Part shown: one piece after another, positions 62,051 to 64,000 of the stretch
Layout: each line of letters begins with the position of its first letter
How positions within the stretch are numbered: position 1 is the stretch's first letter
From: Escherichia coli
GTDB lineage: Bacteria; Pseudomonadota; Gammaproteobacteria; Enterobacterales; Enterobacteriaceae
Assembly: GCF_016026235.1 (NCBI RefSeq)
Contig: NZ_CP065613.1
DNA: 64,000 bases
Strand: one strand, 5' to 3'
The notes under the pieces: generated by a model
The model's database searches: none
What the model saw: only the letters and a program-made list of their open reading frames with translations
What the model was told of the DNA's origin: nothing
Translations under genes and position numbers: made by a program

Positions 62051-64000
62051 TCAGGCACTTTCGCGAATGGGTTCGATTTCATTCAACGTATCAATTAACG
62101 GCTGCGGCTTACCAATAAGATAACCCTGCATATAATCGATCCCCAAAGAGAGCACCGCCTCGCGGATCTCTTCGTTTTCAACGTACTCTGCCACTACCCG
62201 CATTTTCTTCATTCGCGCCAGGTGGCAAATCGATGCCACTATCTGATAATCCAGACTATTTGACACAATATTGCGGATAAAACTGCCGTCAATTTTAAGC
62301 AGATCGGCATTCACATTTTTAAGCCGTGCATAGCTGGCGTAGCCGGTGCCGAAATCATCAATCGCAATCTGGCAGCCTAATTCCTGAAGATGCTGCAAGG
62401 TGATTTGCGCCTGCTTAACATTGGTCAGAGCATTACTTTCGGTGACTTCAAAAATAAGTTGCCACGCTTCAATCTGATATTTAGCCAGCAACTGACTGAC
62501 TTCAACAGGAAAACGAGCCTGACATACCGAGGTTGGAGACAGATTAATAGCAAAACGGTGAGCGGGCATCTTCGCTCTGTTTTCAGCCATAAATTGCAGC
62601 GTATGCTCAATGACCCACATGTCGATACTCGACGATAAACCAAATTCGTGCGCGACCGGCAAGAAGCTATCGGGGCCGATCAGTTCATCATTCTCACCTT
62701 TCATGCGCAGAAGAATTTCATGGTAAACATCACCACGCATACCGGTAATCGGCTGGGCCATCAGGAAAAAATGGTTGTGTTCCAGCGCCTGCTGTAGTCG
62801 ATTCATCATCGCGACTTTATCTTTCAATTCGCGTTGCAAATACATTGCCCCGCGACGCTGCATATTTTCCGGGGCGTTGGTCACGATGGAAAGTTCGGCG
62901 ACCGTATTTAGCTCTCCCAGCAGCAGGTAGATATGATTCACTGGCGAGCGCACATAGCAGTAACTGACGCCAATCTGCGGTTGCATCGGCATGCCATCCC
63001 AAAAGAAACGAAATTGCTTGAGATGGCTATCCAGTGCGGTAATGCGCTCCTGGTGCGATTCTGTATTCAGTCGCAGCGCGAGATCGTTACCCGAAAGCTG
63101 ATAAACATCTTCACCCGGTTCCAGCAAGGGTGACAGCCAGTGAGAAAGTTTTTGCTTGTATTGAATCCGCAGCATGATGCCATAGTTCTTAACCAGCATT
63201 TCCATGCCAGGGATGCGTAAATAACAAAGCGCAGACCAGGGGGCATCACGCAACGCGCGATTCAGGGCGCGAACATTTGGCAGATGAACCACCGGGTCCA
63301 CATACGCAAGCCGCTGAATGCGTCTGACTACCGCTCTCTGACGGGTTGCCAGTACAGCCATATAATTGACAATAAAAGAGAATACCAGATAACTGGAGGA
63401 GGTTATGGTCAGCTGCGTGGTATAGCCAGGATAAATGGGAATGTAATTTTGATAGCTGTGGATGCTGATCATCAACACGACCGCCCAGAGCAGCGAAATC
63501 AGCTTATAACCATAGCGCATCGCTCCCCACATCATCAGGGGCAGCAATAATGACAAGGTATAATTGGTGCTAAAAATTGTGCTTTTTTCATTTAACGGCA
63601 TGCATAACAGCAACAATAAAGCACCTAATGCCAGTAGCCAGAGCGCGAACTCTTTTTTGGTGACTTTGGCATCAACCTGCTGTTTTAATTGCGAATAATA
63701 GCTACGTAAATAAAATGGATTTCGCACTACCCGAATGATGAAGTAGCACAGCGGGACACCGATCAGATTACCCACCAGTAAGGCCTGATAATTGATTAAA
63801 GTCCCGAGGTTAAAAGGCATGACACCGACCAGATTTTCTCTGCTCGCCAATAATCCTACAAATGCAGCAAACTGGAAAAGTATCAGAAACAGCGTTGCAG
63901 GAAACACAATCTGCCAGAATATACGCTGGGAAATTAAACGGGTATCACCATGTGAAACGTTGTTACGCCGGGGAGTAAAGACCCTGTAACCGCCCCAACA
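62051..64000 (-). CDS. pdeF: Cyclic-di-GMP phosphodiesterase PdeF (YfgF), 3' 649 codons; the 5' end lies beyond the window
   Basis: ORF track 62051..63907 (618 aa from an internal GTG); the frame stays open to position 64000; C-terminal EAL domain and N-terminal transmembrane MASE-like region. Confidence 0.85.
   Translation of the reverse strand, partial: CWGGYRVFTPRRNNVSHGDTRLISQRIFWQIVFPATLFLILFQFAAFVGLLASRENLVGVMPFNLGTLINYQALLVGNLIGVPLCYFIIRVVRNPFYLRSYYSQLKQQVDAKVTKKEFALWLLALGALLLLLCMPLNEKSTIFSTNYTLSLLLPLMMWGAMRYGYKLISLLWAVVLMISIHSYQNYIPIYPGYTTQLTITSSSYLVFSFIVNYMAVLATRQRAVVRRIQRLAYVDPVVHLPNVRALNRALRDAPWSALCYLRIPGMEMLVKNYGIMLRIQYKQKLSHWLSPLLEPGEDVYQLSGNDLALRLNTESHQERITALDSHLKQFRFFWDGMPMQPQIGVSYCYVRSPVNHIYLLLGELNTVAELSIVTNAPENMQRRGAMYLQRELKDKVAMMNRLQQALEHNHFFLMAQPITGMRGDVYHEILLRMKGENDELIGPDSFLPVAHEFGLSSSIDMWVIEHTLQFMAENRAKMPAHRFAINLSPTSVCQARFPVEVSQLLAKYQIEAWQLIFEVTESNALTNVKQAQITLQHLQELGCQIAIDDFGTGYASYARLKNVNADLLKIDGSFIRNIVSNSLDYQIVASICHLARMKKMRVVAEYVENEEIREAVLSLGIDYMQGYLIGKPQPLIDTLNEIEPIRESA

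Overview
The window is Escherichia coli-type chromosome, syntenic with the K-12 region running from the eut operon to ppk-ppx. Gene order is eutH (partial), eutG-J-E-N-M-D-T-Q-P-S, maeB, talA-tktB, ypfG, nudK, aegA, narQ, acrD, ypfM, yffB-dapE-ypfN, ypfH, tmcA, ypfJ, purC, bamC-dapA, gcvR-bcp, hyfABCDEFGHIJR-focB, perM, bepA, yfgD, hda, uraA-upp, purMN, ppk-ppx and pdeF (partial). Gene identities come from recognising the translated ORFs and their order; no database search was run. Relative to the K-12 arrangement there are two insertion sequences: a 1.52 kb IS110-family element inserted cleanly inside tktB, and an IS150 copy inserted into a REP palindrome between tktB and ypfG. Four frameshift lesions are confined to the hyf (hydrogenase-4) operon, in hyfB (two), hyfD and hyfR; every other gene has its expected length. 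I found no CRISPR array, tRNA, rRNA or prophage, and no convincing novel multi-gene system. The most interesting object is the IS110-family element, whose 265-bp non-coding region downstream of the transposase carries a long-range inverted repeat and is a candidate bridge/seek-type guide RNA. The insertions and frameshifts could be real strain differences or, for the frameshifts, assembly errors; the sequence alone cannot tell.
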